Assembly: GCA_043228905.1 (NCBI GenBank)
Contig: JBHGNT010000006.1
Span: 12,090,001-12,154,000, forward strand
DNA from: Azolla caroliniana
Taxonomy: Eukaryota > Plantae > Polypodiophyta
Direction of reading: 5' to 3'
DNA: 64,000 nucleotides
Position numbers and translations under genes: made by a program. Positions 52,526-63,448 of this stretch are shown piece after piece. A model generated the notes under the pieces. That model saw only the letters and a program-made list of their open reading frames with translations. It did not search any database and was not told where the DNA came from. Position 1 is the stretch's first letter. Every line of letters starts with the position of its first letter.

Positions 52526-54706
52526 ATGGCTTCGACAAGTGGAACTCAAGGAGAAGAATTGACGAAAGGCATGGTGTCCGTCGTCGAATTCATGCTGAAA
52601 GAGAGAGATCGGGAGGCTTTAGTCGACAAAGCTGTTGACCGAACTGTGGAGACAGTTGGAAGATTCGGTGGGAAGAACATCACAAATTTCCTTGCTACCT
52701 ACCGGAATGAGATGCAACAAAGAGATGTCCATGATCCAAAACAAATTTCAAGCTTTAAGCGTGTGGTAGAACCCGGGATCCGTGAGCGCGTGATGGAGAT
52801 CCAAAACGAGCATGCAACTTGGGCGGAGTTCGAAAGGGCTCTTCTCACTGAATACATGCTTGAAGACGCATCGTGGATGACTCGGCATGCGTTAATGAAT
52901 TGGATCGAGAAGAAAGGGAAGAATCTGTGTGCATCGGGAATTTATGCCGAATTCGACCAGAAGTACAACCGACTTCCGAGTGTCGAGCAACGAGTTCTCG
53001 ACGGAGATAAAGCCTTGCTATTCCTAAAGGCAATGGATGCGAAAGATCGGCGAGAATTGGGTAGTTTCTTGGAGGATGAAACACAACCAAATGGTTTGGT
53101 AGCGGACTGGGCGGCGGTGAAGAAGGCTTGCAGCCGTTTTGATAAGCGGCGACAATGGCAAGAGGAAGCTGAGGTCGAGAATCCACAATTGTGGAAGAAG
53201 GCACCTACGATGATTGAGCCTAGTAAGCCGATCAACAATTTCGACAAGAAAGCAATGGAGGAGTCTATAATCGAAGAGCTCTCCAAGAAGTTTGAAGCGG
53301 TATCGCTAGCCAACTTAGGTCGGCGCGGGCCCAAGGGAAAAGAAGCGTATAGATGTGTGTGGTGCGATAGCTTTGAACACTCACGAAGGGAATGTGTTGA
53401 CTTGCAAGATGCGATCCGCAAGAATGTCATCTATTTGGACGGCAACATGATTCACTCAAGCGAGACCCGGAAGCCACTACGAGTGAACTTTGGAAGAGGT
53501 GGGCTGAAAAAGATTGTAGAAGAAGAAGATGCAAGGCACGTGGAGGCTATGCACTATGCCGCTTCGGTTGGGATACGAGTTGGAAAAGAGAATCTTAAAA
53601 TGATCAAGCCAGGAGCTGGGTTTTGGCCAACGGTCTTCGAGTGCGAAGAAAAAGGCAAAATCAATTCGGAGGATCTAAAACTTGCTGACCGAAACGTGCG
53701 ACGAGCAACCGGATGGTCAGATCCAATCGACGAAAACACAAGCTTTGCGGAGGTTGTGTGTGACACCTATGAAGCCCTTGTCGAAGAGAAGAGGAAGAGA
53801 ACTAGTGAAGAAGATGGCACATCAAAGCGACCTAACACGAGGAACGGAGGGAAAGAAGGGCCACCCCAACCTATCCCAAGAAAAGAGATTGGTGAAACAA
53901 ACATGAAGCCCGGTGGATCAAGCCAACCTGCTCGGATGGAAGTCGAAGAATCAACGAAGAAAGGAAAAGAACGAGCGGCACCGACTTACAAGCTAAGGTC
54001 GGACATAGAACAAACAACTAACTTGCGGAAGGTCCTTGAGGAGAAGGTTTTAGATAGTCATGTCGACCTTACCTTGAGAGAGCTACTTGGGATCGCGAAG
54101 AAGGAGTTCCATGATACTATCGTGGACCTTATTAAGAGGAAGCGACAACAATCTGATGAAGAGGAGGTCAAAACAAGTGCCATAACCATGGCAAGATCGG
54201 AAGAGGAGGAAGAAGAAGAAGTGGTGGCGGATAGCCATTACTCGCGGCCTCATTGGGCAAGAGCGACAACGGAGACACCGGTGAAGATCGGGGAGAAGAA
54301 AGAGACCGTGGTTGCTTTGATTGACCATGGCTCTGAGATCAACCTCATGTCGACCGAGTTCTATAAGAAAGGAAGATGGCCGATTAATACAAACCACGGA
54401 TGGAAGATTCGAGCGGCGACGAAGGCTACGGAGGACTTGTACGGAGCTTGCGCCAATGTTAAAGTCACGATCGGGGATGTAGAGATTGATCAACACTTCT
54501 TCGTGCAAGACTCGGCTTCACATCCCGTCATCCTAGGACAACCATATATAACATCGTCCCGGATGGAGACCAAGGTGTTCGATAATGGAGCAGCCTTCGC
54601 GCGCGTCAAGAGTCTTGATAGTAAAAAATCCGTTCAATTCCTGACGGTTCGAGCTAATCATGAAAGGAACCGAGATAGCCTTGGAGGCGAATCCTCGGAT
54701 TTTTAA
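52526..54706 (+). CDS. gag: G6 Gag-protease
   Basis: Uninterrupted ORF (first ATG after the PBS); CVWCDSFEHSRREC; ALIDHGSEINL. Confidence 0.9.
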   Translation: MASTSGTQGEELTKGMVSVVEFMLKERDREALVDKAVDRTVETVGRFGGKNITNFLATYRNEMQQRDVHDPKQISSFKRVVEPGIRERVMEIQNEHATWAEFERALLTEYMLEDASWMTRHALMNWIEKKGKNLCASGIYAEFDQKYNRLPSVEQRVLDGDKALLFLKAMDAKDRRELGSFLEDETQPNGLVADWAAVKKACSRFDKRRQWQEEAEVENPQLWKKAPTMIEPSKPINNFDKKAMEESIIEELSKKFEAVSLANLGRRGPKGKEAYRCVWCDSFEHSRRECVDLQDAIRKNVIYLDGNMIHSSETRKPLRVNFGRGGLKKIVEEEDARHVEAMHYAASVGIRVGKENLKMIKPGAGFWPTVFECEEKGKINSEDLKLADRNVRRATGWSDPIDENTSFAEVVCDTYEALVEEKRKRTSEEDGTSKRPNTRNGGKEGPPQPIPRKEIGETNMKPGGSSQPARMEVEESTKKGKERAAPTYKLRSDIEQTTNLRKVLEEKVLDSHVDLTLRELLGIAKKEFHDTIVDLIKRKRQQSDEEEVKTSAITMARSEEEEEEEVVADSHYSRPHWARATTETPVKIGEKKETVVALIDHGSEINLMSTEFYKKGRWPINTNHGWKIRAATKATEDLYGACANVKVTIGDVEIDQHFFVQDSASHPVILGQPYITSSRMETKVFDNGAAFARVKSLDSKKSVQFLTVRANHERNRDSLGGESSDF

Positions 54707-54759
54707 AGCGGACTATTGAAGCATGGGGCACAAATAGTCCGAGCAATCATAAGTCCCCA
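54697..54759 (+). promoter_or_regulatory. Putative -1 ribosomal frameshift signal (G6)
   Basis: G GAT TTT TAA, 5-nt spacer, CGGACTATT/AATAGTCCG stem, TGGGG/CCCCA second stem. Confidence 0.72.
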
Positions 54760-57700
54760 CAAGGAAGCAATGTGCGTGGATTGCAAGGAGAAGCAACATG
54801 CGTCACACCTGGCGGCGCATGCAAACTTAGACTACTCAACAAGAAGGAAAAGTGTCAGATACAAGACTTCGAGGAGGTGCTGAAAGAAGAAAGCATAATC
54901 GAAGAAGAAGAATTCGTGTCATATATTCTGGAGGAAGCCTCATTTAACGACACCATCGGCGAAATCGAGGAAGTCGTGGATTTGAGCTATCCTCACTATC
55001 GACATGTGATTTCGGTTAACTCCGTCAACATGTATACTATCATCGATGAATATCATCGAGGCATCTTGATAGAGGAAGTCGAAGTCAACACAAAATATAA
55101 AACCGTGGATAGGAAGATCAAGCCAGTTGCAGTTCCGCTACCGGAAGATAGCTGGCAAAAGATGAAGGAAGTTGCAAAAGATCCAAGCTTAAGGAACCCA
55201 AATACAATTGGTCACGTCTTCACTGAAGAGACGAAGGGAAAGCTACGAGTTGGAAGGGAGGATTTCCTCCTCCCTGAAGAGGAGCGGATGTTTCGTGGAA
55301 TGCTTGAAAGACATGGGAAGGCTTTCGCGTTTTTTCCACAAGAAATCGGGTGTGGTAATCCAAGGACGGTAGAACCGATGGTGATCTTCACGGTGTCGCA
55401 TGTGCCTTGGAATTTGAAACCGATACCGGTTCCGAGAGCACACCTACCGAAGTTGATCGAGCTCTTAAAGGAGATGGTGAGGATGGGAATTCTAGAACCG
55501 TCGAATGCTCCTTATTCTAATAGGTGGTTCACGGTGCCAAAGAAGAATGGATCGTTGCGATTCATTCAAGATCTTCAACCCGTCAACAAGGTGACAATTC
55601 GGAATGCTGGAATCGGTCCGAGTGTGGATGAATTTGCCGAGGCGTTTGCGGGCCAGTCCATCTACTCCATCGGCGATCTTTACTCTGGCTACGATCAATT
55701 CCAGTTGGCGGTCGACAGTCGTGACATTACAACCATGAGAACTCCAATCGGGTTGGTGCAGATGTGTACCTTACCTCAAGGCGCAACGAACTCGGTGGCT
55801 CATATGGTGAATGCCATGAACAAGGTCTTGAAGGATTGCATCCCGGATATCACGATGCCATTCTTAGATGATATTCCGATAAAAGGATGTTCGGATGAAG
55901 AGAAGGATGAATCAAAAGATAAGGATGGATGTAGAAAGTTCGTCATGGATCATATGAAAGATTGCGAGAAGGTGCTCCAAAGGCTCGAAGATGCGAATTT
56001 GACATTTTCGGGAGAAAAATCCGCATTCGGGCAACCAGAGATCTTGGTGGTAGGTCACTTGTGTGGAGCATACGGTCGGAAGCCTTCACCATCCAAGGTG
56101 AATGCAATTCAAGACATGAAAGAAGAATGTGTAACCCAAACGGAGGTTCGAAGGTTCCTTGGAGCATGCGCGTTTTATCATATTTGGATTCCACACTACG
56201 CCCACATTGCGGAGCCATTATATGGTCTACTAAAGAAGAAGCGGATGTTCAAATGGACGAGCGAGCATACAATCGCCATCCGAAGGCTGAAGAAATTATT
56301 GATGGAGGCACCTGCATTACGGAAAGCGGACTATTCATACGGCAAGCCCATTTTTGTGACTGTGGATACTAGTCCAATCGGAATTGGATGGGTTATCAAC
56401 CAAGAAGATGAAGATTGCAACCGATATGCAATTCGGTTTGGCGCGAAAGTGTTAAGTGACAGGCAAAGAAGGTATGCCCAAGTGAAGAGGGAGCTATGGG
56501 GGATCGTCTCGGCAATCAAATCTGATCGTGATTACCTTATTGGAGCAGAAGTCATAATTGAGACAGATTGCCTACCAATTTTGGGTATGATATCTGGTTG
56601 CAATACACCGGATATTGCTATGTTGCGTTGGATTGCATATATCAAATCACTCAACCCGGAGATCCGTCATGTAGCTGGGAAGCGTAATGTCGTTGCAGAC
56701 ATGCTATCACGAGCGAGATACGACGGAGAAGAAGATCGACATTCTGATGAAGATGATGTTGGCCTGGATTTCTTTGCAAGTTCCTATGCTCGGGTGTTGA
56801 TTACTTTCATAGAAGAGGACTACGAAGGCGAATTCGTGGAGATCGGGAAATACTTGAGTTCTCTCCAAAAAGATGAATCATGGTCGACGGAAGACTTCCA
56901 TCGAATTCGGAAGAAAGCATACAAGTATTTCCTTAAGGATGGAGCTCTTTGGAAGCATGCAAAAAAGAAGAATGGGACTCCGATGAGAGTTGTCTGCAAG
57001 CTAGAAGACCAACAAAAACTAATGTCCGAATTTCATGATAGTGTTTTTGCAGGCCATCGAGGAATATGGGCTACGTTTGCGAAGCTTAAGGAGAAATATT
57101 GGTGGTCGGGCATCTACAAAGATGTAGCAGCTTATGTGGAAACATGTAAGGAATGTCAAATGTTTTCGAATATTCGCCATCGAGATGGACTTCATCCGAC
57201 TTACCCGTTGGCTATGCATTACAAGTGGATGGTGGACATAGTGATGATGCCAATGGGACGATGGCAGATGAAGTATCTTGTGCTCGCGAGAGAGGATCTT
57301 ACCAATCAAGTTGAAGGGCGAGCATTAAGAACTAAGGAGACATCATCGGTATGCCGATTCCTTCTTGAAGATGTTATTTGCAGATATGGATGCGTCGGCA
57401 AGATAGTGGCTAATAGAGGCGAGTTGGACGCCAATGAAGCTAGAGAATTCTTCTCGAGGATGGGAATCAAATTATCTCTTACCATGGCGTATAATCCGGA
57501 AGCAAATGGGAAGGTGGAGCGTGGACATGGACCGATTGTGAAGGCTCTAGTGAAAGCTTGCCATGGGAAAATAGGAGAATGGCCACGTCTATTGCCATTT
57601 GCATTATGGGCTGACAGGACTACTCATAGCACGGTGACGGGATACATGCCGGCAGAGCTCATATTCGGACAAAAGCCAATAATGCCGGTAGAACAAAGTA

Positions 57701-58152
57701 TTATTTCATGGTTTGCATTGCCATGGCAAGATGAGATAAGTAGAGAAGATCTTCTAGCATTGAGGATTCGACAATTAGAGCGGAATTTGGAAGATGTAGA
57801 GGTGGCTAAAGCGCGGCTAAAGAATGCAAGGCTAAAGAACAAGAAAGACTTCGATAAACGACATCGACTTCGGCCGAGGAAAATCGTTGAAGGAGATTGG
57901 GTGCTAGTCTATGACAGTAGCCTAGATAACCAACATAGTACGGCTCGAAAATTCTCACAACGATGGTTTGGGCCATATGTGGTGAAGAAAGTGGAAAATA
58001 ATGCAACATATCATTTAGTAGAACTAGATGGTACACCACTTGCCTTGCCAATTGCCGGTAAAAGAATCAAGATCTTCAAGAGAAGAGAAAGAATAGAAAT
58101 TGGATTCGAAGCTTTTGACGATTCAGTCTTAAGCATCGATGAAAAAGTATAG
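54697..58152 (+). CDS. pol: G6 Pol (RT-RNaseH-integrase), -1 frame
   Basis: Uninterrupted ORF with the same motifs as G5 pol; open from GGATTTT at 54697. Confidence 0.93.
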   Translation, partial: GFLKRTIEAWGTNSPSNHKSPQGSNVRGLQGEATCVTPGGACKLRLLNKKEKCQIQDFEEVLKEESIIEEEEFVSYILEEASFNDTIGEIEEVVDLSYPHYRHVISVNSVNMYTIIDEYHRGILIEEVEVNTKYKTVDRKIKPVAVPLPEDSWQKMKEVAKDPSLRNPNTIGHVFTEETKGKLRVGREDFLLPEEERMFRGMLERHGKAFAFFPQEIGCGNPRTVEPMVIFTVSHVPWNLKPIPVPRAHLPKLIELLKEMVRMGILEPSNAPYSNRWFTVPKKNGSLRFIQDLQPVNKVTIRNAGIGPSVDEFAEAFAGQSIYSIGDLYSGYDQFQLAVDSRDITTMRTPIGLVQMCTLPQGATNSVAHMVNAMNKVLKDCIPDITMPFLDDIPIKGCSDEEKDESKDKDGCRKFVMDHMKDCEKVLQRLEDANLTFSGEKSAFGQPEILVVGHLCGAYGRKPSPSKVNAIQDMKEECVTQTEVRRFLGACAFYHIWIPHYAHIAEPLYGLLKKKRMFKWTSEHTIAIRRLKKLLMEAPALRKADYSYGKPIFVTVDTSPIGIGWVINQEDEDCNRYAIRFGAKVLSDRQRRYAQVKRELWGIVSAIKSDRDYLIGAEVIIETDCLPILGMISGCNTPDIAMLRWIAYIKSLNPEIRHVAGKRNVVADMLSRARYDGEEDRHSDEDDVGLDFFASSYARVLITFIEEDYEGEFVEIGKYLSSLQKDESWSTEDFHRIRKKAYKYFLKDGALWKHAKKKNGTPMRVVCKLEDQQKLMSEFHDSVFAGHRGIWATFAKLKEKYWWSGIYKDVAAYVETCKECQMFSNIRHRDGLHPTYPLAMHYKWMVDIVMMPMGRWQMKYLVLAREDLTNQVEGRALRTKETSSVCRFLLEDVICRYGCVGKIVANRGELDANEAREFFSRMGIKLSLTMAYNPEANGKVERGHGPIVKALVKACHGKIGEWPRLLPFALWADRTTHSTVTGYMPAELIFGQKPIMPVEQSIISWFALPWQDEISREDLLALRIRQLERNLEDVEVAKARLKNARLKNKKDFDKRHRLRPRKIVEGDWVLVYDSSLDNQHSTARKFSQRWFGPYVVKKVENNATYHLVELDGTPLALPIAGKRIKIFKRRERIEIGFEAFDDSVLSIDEKV

Positions 58153-58314
58153 TAAACAAAAATGAATCCTCACCAAAATTGGCACATACCGGTGGATGTG
58201 CAGGTTTGGTGGGGGCGAATGTCGTGTGAATCTTCACACACTATGTAAAAAAAATAATGAAATAATTATTATAGATTAGATTACACAAATTTCCTTGCTA
58301 CCTACCGGAATGAG

Positions 58315-59793
58315 ATGCAACAAAGAGATGTCCATGATCCAAAACAAATTTCAAGCTTTAAGCGTGTGGTAGAACCCGGGATCCGTGAGCGCGTGATGGA
58401 GATCCAAAACGAGCATGCAACTTGGGCGGAGTTCGAAAGGGCTCTTCTCACTGAATACATGCTTGAAGACGCATCACGGATGACTCGGCATGCGTTAATG
58501 AATTGGATCGAGAAGAAAGGGAAGAATTTGTGTGCATCGGGAATTTATGCCGAATTCGACCAGAAGTACAACCGACTTCTGAGTGTCGAGCAACGAGTTC
58601 TCAACGGAGATAAAGTCTTGCTATTCCTAAAGGCAATGGATGCGAAAGATCGGCGAGAATTGAAGAAGAGCCTGTACAGACTGAAGCAGGCTCCCCGGCA
58701 ATGGTATCGGAAGTTCGACTCCTTCATGACCGATCAAGGGTACCACAAGACGCAGGCCGATCACTGCGTGTTTGTGAAGAAGTTCGAAGGAGGGGACTTC
58801 CTGATACTCCTCCTGTACGTGGATGACATGTTGATCGTCGGACGAGACCAAGGAAAAATTCGGATGCTGAAGAAGGCTCTCAAGCGGACCTTCTCAATGA
58901 AGGACTTGGGTCCGGCAAGACAGATGTTGGGGATGCACATCATTCGGGACCAGTCAGTGAAGCAACTATGGCTGTCACAGGAGAAGTATGTGACAAAGGT
59001 GCTTCACCGGTTCAACATGTCAGATGCAAAACCGGTCGGATCGACACTTCCGGTAAACTGCAAGTTGTCCGGCAAGCAAAGCCCGAAGACAAAAGGAGAG
59101 AAGGCAGATATGATGAAGATTCCATATGCCTCTGCCGTCGGGAGCTTGATGTACGCAATGGTTTGTACCCGACCGGATATTGGATACGCAGTCGGAGTGG
59201 TGAGCCGGTTTATGAGCAATCCCAGCAAGGAGCATTGGAACGCGGTCAAGTGGATACTCCAGTATTTGAAGGGCACTTCAAATATGTGTCTCCGATTCGG
59301 CTCCGGAAAACCTCAACTGGACGGTTTCACCGATTCGGACATGTCGGCTGATGTGGATACCAGCCGGTCTACATCCGGGTATGTGATGACATATGCAGGG
59401 GGAGCTGTCTCGTGGCAATCGAGGCTGCAGAAGACGGTTGCATTGTCAACCACAGAGGCGGAGTACATGGCGGCTGTAGAAGCCGGCAAGGAAATATTAT
59501 GGATGAAGGACTTCATCGGAGAGCTCGGTATCCGACAAGAGGAATACCGACTCTACTGCGACAGTCAAAGTGCCATCCACCTTGCTAAGAATGCGGCCTA
59601 CCATTCCCGGACGAAGCATATCCAGCGGAGGTATCACTGGATCCGGGAAAGGGTAGATGACCAGGAGTTCGCACTGACGAAGATCCACACGGCCGAGAAC
59701 GGGTCCGATATGCTGACCAAAGTGCTGACACCCGACAAGTTGGACGCATGCCGGAAGAGGATCGGGCTGGAAAGACACCCCATGCCGGAGTGA
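58315..59793 (+). CDS. Chimeric ORF: G6-type gag segment fused in frame to copia RT-RNaseH
   Basis: 58284-58662 repeats 52681-53059; then LKKSLYRLKQAPRQW, LYVDDML, RTKHIQRRYHWIRE, SDMLTK. Confidence 0.75.
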   Translation: MQQRDVHDPKQISSFKRVVEPGIRERVMEIQNEHATWAEFERALLTEYMLEDASRMTRHALMNWIEKKGKNLCASGIYAEFDQKYNRLLSVEQRVLNGDKVLLFLKAMDAKDRRELKKSLYRLKQAPRQWYRKFDSFMTDQGYHKTQADHCVFVKKFEGGDFLILLLYVDDMLIVGRDQGKIRMLKKALKRTFSMKDLGPARQMLGMHIIRDQSVKQLWLSQEKYVTKVLHRFNMSDAKPVGSTLPVNCKLSGKQSPKTKGEKADMMKIPYASAVGSLMYAMVCTRPDIGYAVGVVSRFMSNPSKEHWNAVKWILQYLKGTSNMCLRFGSGKPQLDGFTDSDMSADVDTSRSTSGYVMTYAGGAVSWQSRLQKTVALSTTEAEYMAAVEAGKEILWMKDFIGELGIRQEEYRLYCDSQSAIHLAKNAAYHSRTKHIQRRYHWIRERVDDQEFALTKIHTAENGSDMLTKVLTPDKLDACRKRIGLERHPMPE

Positions 59794-60438
59794 AGGGGGA
59801 GTTTGTTGGAAGACAGGTCCCTCCGGATGGGAAGGGAGAAGAACAGTGCCGACGAACAAACTCGGGCGAGGCCAACAGGCCGAGGCCGAAACGGTATGAA
59901 CCGGATGGGGAGAACCCGACTTCGGAGAGTCGGATGGTGTAGGCCCGACTGCGGAGAGCCGGATGAGGAGTACCCGACTGTGGAGAGCCGGATGGAGCCC
60001 ATCGAGGCTACATTTGTAAATAGCCGAAAATTCATATTAGTATAAATATGACTTAGGGCAAACTTTCAATATGTGTGTTGTCATTCTTGTGGTTATTCTT
60101 TCTTGTTGGTGCAAGAAGAAATTAGAGCGTGTAACTGTACAGAGAGAGAGAGAGAGAGAGAGACGAGGTTGTTGCCTCTGTTGTAACCGCTGCCTGTGGC
60201 GAAGATCTGAGAGCACGAGGTCGTTGCCTCGGTGATCTCACTGTTGTATACTCGTACATAGTGACAGTTTGCAGTCTGTGGGCTGCCGTGGTTTTTCCCC
60301 TATTTTGGGGTTTTCCACGTAAACCTCCTGTGTACCATTTCTCCTCTTTGTGTCGCGTTAAAGTGCCTGTTTTTCTGTGTATAAAAGAAGCTCGGTTGTG
60401 GCCGAGCGTCGGACATAAGGAACGCCAAGTTCCCAACA
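58663..60438 (+). mobile_element. 3' half of a Tnt1/Tork-like copia element (PPT, LTR 59804-60438)
   Basis: GAAGGGGGAG PPT; TGTTGG...CCCAACA LTR. Lineage inferred from RT/RH motifs. Confidence 0.82.
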
Positions 60439-60487
60439 CGAGGTCCCGCCTCATTCCACGCATCCGCGAGGAATACCTCAACAGCGC

Positions 60488-61852
60488 AGCAGCACGGAAT
60501 CGATTATGACAAGAACTTCACACCGGTTGCAAAGATGACGATTGTCCGTGTCTTGCTTGTGGTGGTAGCGGCGAAGGGGTGGCATCTACATCAGATGGAT
60601 GTGAAAAATGCATTCCTGCAAGGCAACCTTGAGGAACAGGTGTATATGGTCCAACCCCTCGGATTTCAGTTCGGAATGAACACGTCGGTTGTTTGCTGAC
60701 TGAAGAAGTCCCTTCATAGACTAAAACAAGCTCCACGTGCCTACAACGCGAAGTTCACGCAACGTCTACATCGGATGGGGTTTGCGTGTCAAATCTTCAC
60801 TATGCATCCAGAGAGGTCGGCACGGGCCCGTAAACATTTTGCTTTATGTTGATGATTTAGTCATCATCGGCGCCGACCTGGAGGAAATTGACCATATCAA
60901 GTCTGAACTCGCAACATTGTTCAAAATGAAGGATCTCGAGGACCTTCATTACTTCCTTCGGACCGAAGTGATTTGCACCCTACAAGGCATATTAATCAGT
61001 CAACACCACTATGTGTTGAGTATGCTCTTCAAATTCAGTATGACGGAATGCAAGTCCGTCTCAACCCCTCTGGATAGGAATGTGAAGTTTCACCTCGACT
61101 ACGGAACAACATGTGATCCGACAAGGTTCCGGCAGATAGTCAGAAGCCTCATATACCTGACCATCACCCGATTGGATCTTAGCTATCCAGTCGGCTTGAT
61201 TCATGGCGCATCCAACCGCGGAGCACCTTAGTGCGCACACCGAATACTCAGGTATGTTAGTGGCACTAAGGACAGGGGGTTGTTGTATCGGACCGGTGTA
61301 GCCGAACAACTTGTTGGCTATACAGATAACAATTGGGCCGAAAACACCAGCGATCGAAGGTCAACTTCCGGATTCATGTTTTTACTTGGAAGTGCCGCAA
61401 TCGCCTGGAACAACAAGAAGTGGCTGACAATTGCATTGTCGAGCACTGAGGCCGGGTATCGAGGAGTGGCGGTCGCAATGTGCAAAGCCATTTGGCTCAA
61501 ACGGTTATTGAAGGATCTACAATTGGAGGTGTCTGATCCGATGACGATCTACTACGACAACCTTAGTAGCATCCAGGTGGTGAAGAACCCCATTTTCCAC
61601 GCCTGGACCAAGCACATTGAGGTGCGTTACCATTTTGTTCGTGAGCGTGTCCTCTCCGATGAAGTTGAACTAGTGTATGTTCCAACGGATCGGCAGGTGG
61701 TCGATATATTCACCAAACCCTTAGGTCTTGACAAGTTGTGGCAATTTTCAGCCATGCTTGGTGTGCAGCGCCTTGAGTTACCGAACTTGAGGGGGAGGAA
61801 TGAAAGGAATGAAAAGGAGAGAGATGGTCGAGCTGGAAAAGAAGATGTCTGA
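60488..61852 (+). pseudogene. pol: C1 RT-RNase H (disrupted)
   Basis: [37 protein letters not shown]. Confidence 0.9.
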
Positions 61853-61985
61853 AAAGTCGAATCGGATACCGAACTCGATTTTGGTCTGTTTGAAGAAGTC
61901 GGAGTGTTCGGGTCGGCTAAAGAAGCCGAGGATGGATGGACACATGCAAATAGCACAGACAAGTGGAGACTTCTCAGACGTAGGG

Positions 61986-63123
61986 GGAGCAACCATAAGG
62001 GAAAGCCGGAGCCCAAGCCAACTGAAGAAAGGGAAGGTCAAGCCAAGGTGGCTAAGAAGACCAAGACATGAACGTGATCTGATGTCGTAAAGGGTCTGAA
62101 GATCGTAGACGAGTTGGAGACAGTCAACTCAGACAAGAGCAAGAATGAATCGGAGACAACCGATTCGGTCAAGAGTCGAAGTGAATTGCACACAACTGAT
62201 TCAATCAGAATGTTCGATTCAAGGGAGTTGAATCGATTGGCCAAGCAGTCGAGAGGGCAGCGGAAGTTGACACCAACACAAAGGAGCAACCATAACGGAA
62301 AGCCGGAGCCCAACCCAACTGAAGAAAGGGAAGGTCAAGCCAAGGTGGCTAAGAAGACCAAGACATGAACGTGGTCTGATGTCGTAAAGGGTCTGAAGAT
62401 CGTAGACGAGTTGGAGACAGTCAACTTAGACAAGAGCAAGAATGAATCGGAGACAACCGATTCGGTCAAGAGTCGAAGTGAATTGCACACAGCTGATTCA
62501 ATCGGAATGTTCGATTCAAGGGAGTTGAATCGATTGGCCAAGCAGTCGAGAGGGCAGCGGAAGTTGACACCAACACAAAGGAGCCAACAAGTCAAGAAGC
62601 GCGAGGAACACACCAACAAGGGAGTTGACAAACCGACTGAGAAGGTCAAGGTGCGTTGAACCAAATGGGTCATGGGAAGAGGAACCAAACCAGACGAGGA
62701 GTGTGAGCTAGGCGAGAAGATGCCAGGAGGAGTCAGATGAAAGGGCCAGCGCACACACATAGTGATCGGACCTCAAGTTGAGCTTGAGGGGAGTGTTGAG
62801 CGGGCAAGCTCAACCAGATCCAGGTCGGTTGGCCAAGCAGTCGAGAGGGCAGTGGAAGTTGACACCGACACAGAGGAACCGGCAGGTCAAGAAGCACGAG
62901 GAACACACCAACAAGGGAGCTGACAAACCGACCGAGAAGGTCGAGGTGCGTGGAACCAAATGGGTCATGGGAAGAGGAACCAGACCGGACGAGGAGTGTG
63001 AGCTAGGCGAGAAGATGCCAGGAGGAGTCAGATGAAAGGGCCGGCGCACACACATAGTGATCCGACCTCAAGTTGAGCTTGAGGGGAGTGTTGAGCAGGC
63101 AAGCTCAACCGGATCCAGGTCGG
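61986..63123 (+). repeat. Two overlapping tandem duplications (~297 and ~295 bp) in the C1 3' UTR
   Basis: 61986-62282 repeats at 62283-62584; 62534-62828 repeats at 62829-63123 and includes the PPT and LTR start. Confidence 0.88.
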
Positions 63124-63417
63124 TATCCGGAGCGGAGAACCGGATCAATGTCCAAATAGATCGGTATTCGGAACCTAGAGCCGGACCGGAGAACCGTATC
63201 ATACTCCGGAATAGTGAGAACTAGTAGGCCATTGGAGCCTATGGTCCGAGCCTAGTACGTAGGCGTATTCCTTGGAGCATATTCCTTGGAGTTAGAGTCA
63301 ATCGCTCGTATGAGCATTGAAGTACAGGTCAATACTTCTATCAGTCCTTTAAAGGACTTGCATGAAAAGTGTTCTGTATGTAGAGAGTATTTTTATTTTG
63401 AATTGAGCTCAGTTTTG

Positions 63418-63448
<31 letters not shown>

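Larger units (their letters stand above)
51421..58283 (+). mobile_element. G6: tRNA-Trp gypsy element with intact ORFs and truncated LTRs
   Basis: 5' LTR ends CGCGACA at 52472 (start missing); PBS 52477-52493; PPT; only ~64 bp of 3' LTR from 58220. Confidence 0.88.
41963..60483 (+). mobile_element. G5: tRNA-Trp gypsy element; 3' LTR split into 50951-51420 and 60439-60483
   Basis: 5' LTR 41963-42600; PBS 42604-42620; TSD GCGC (41959-41962, 60484-60487). Confidence 0.9.
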
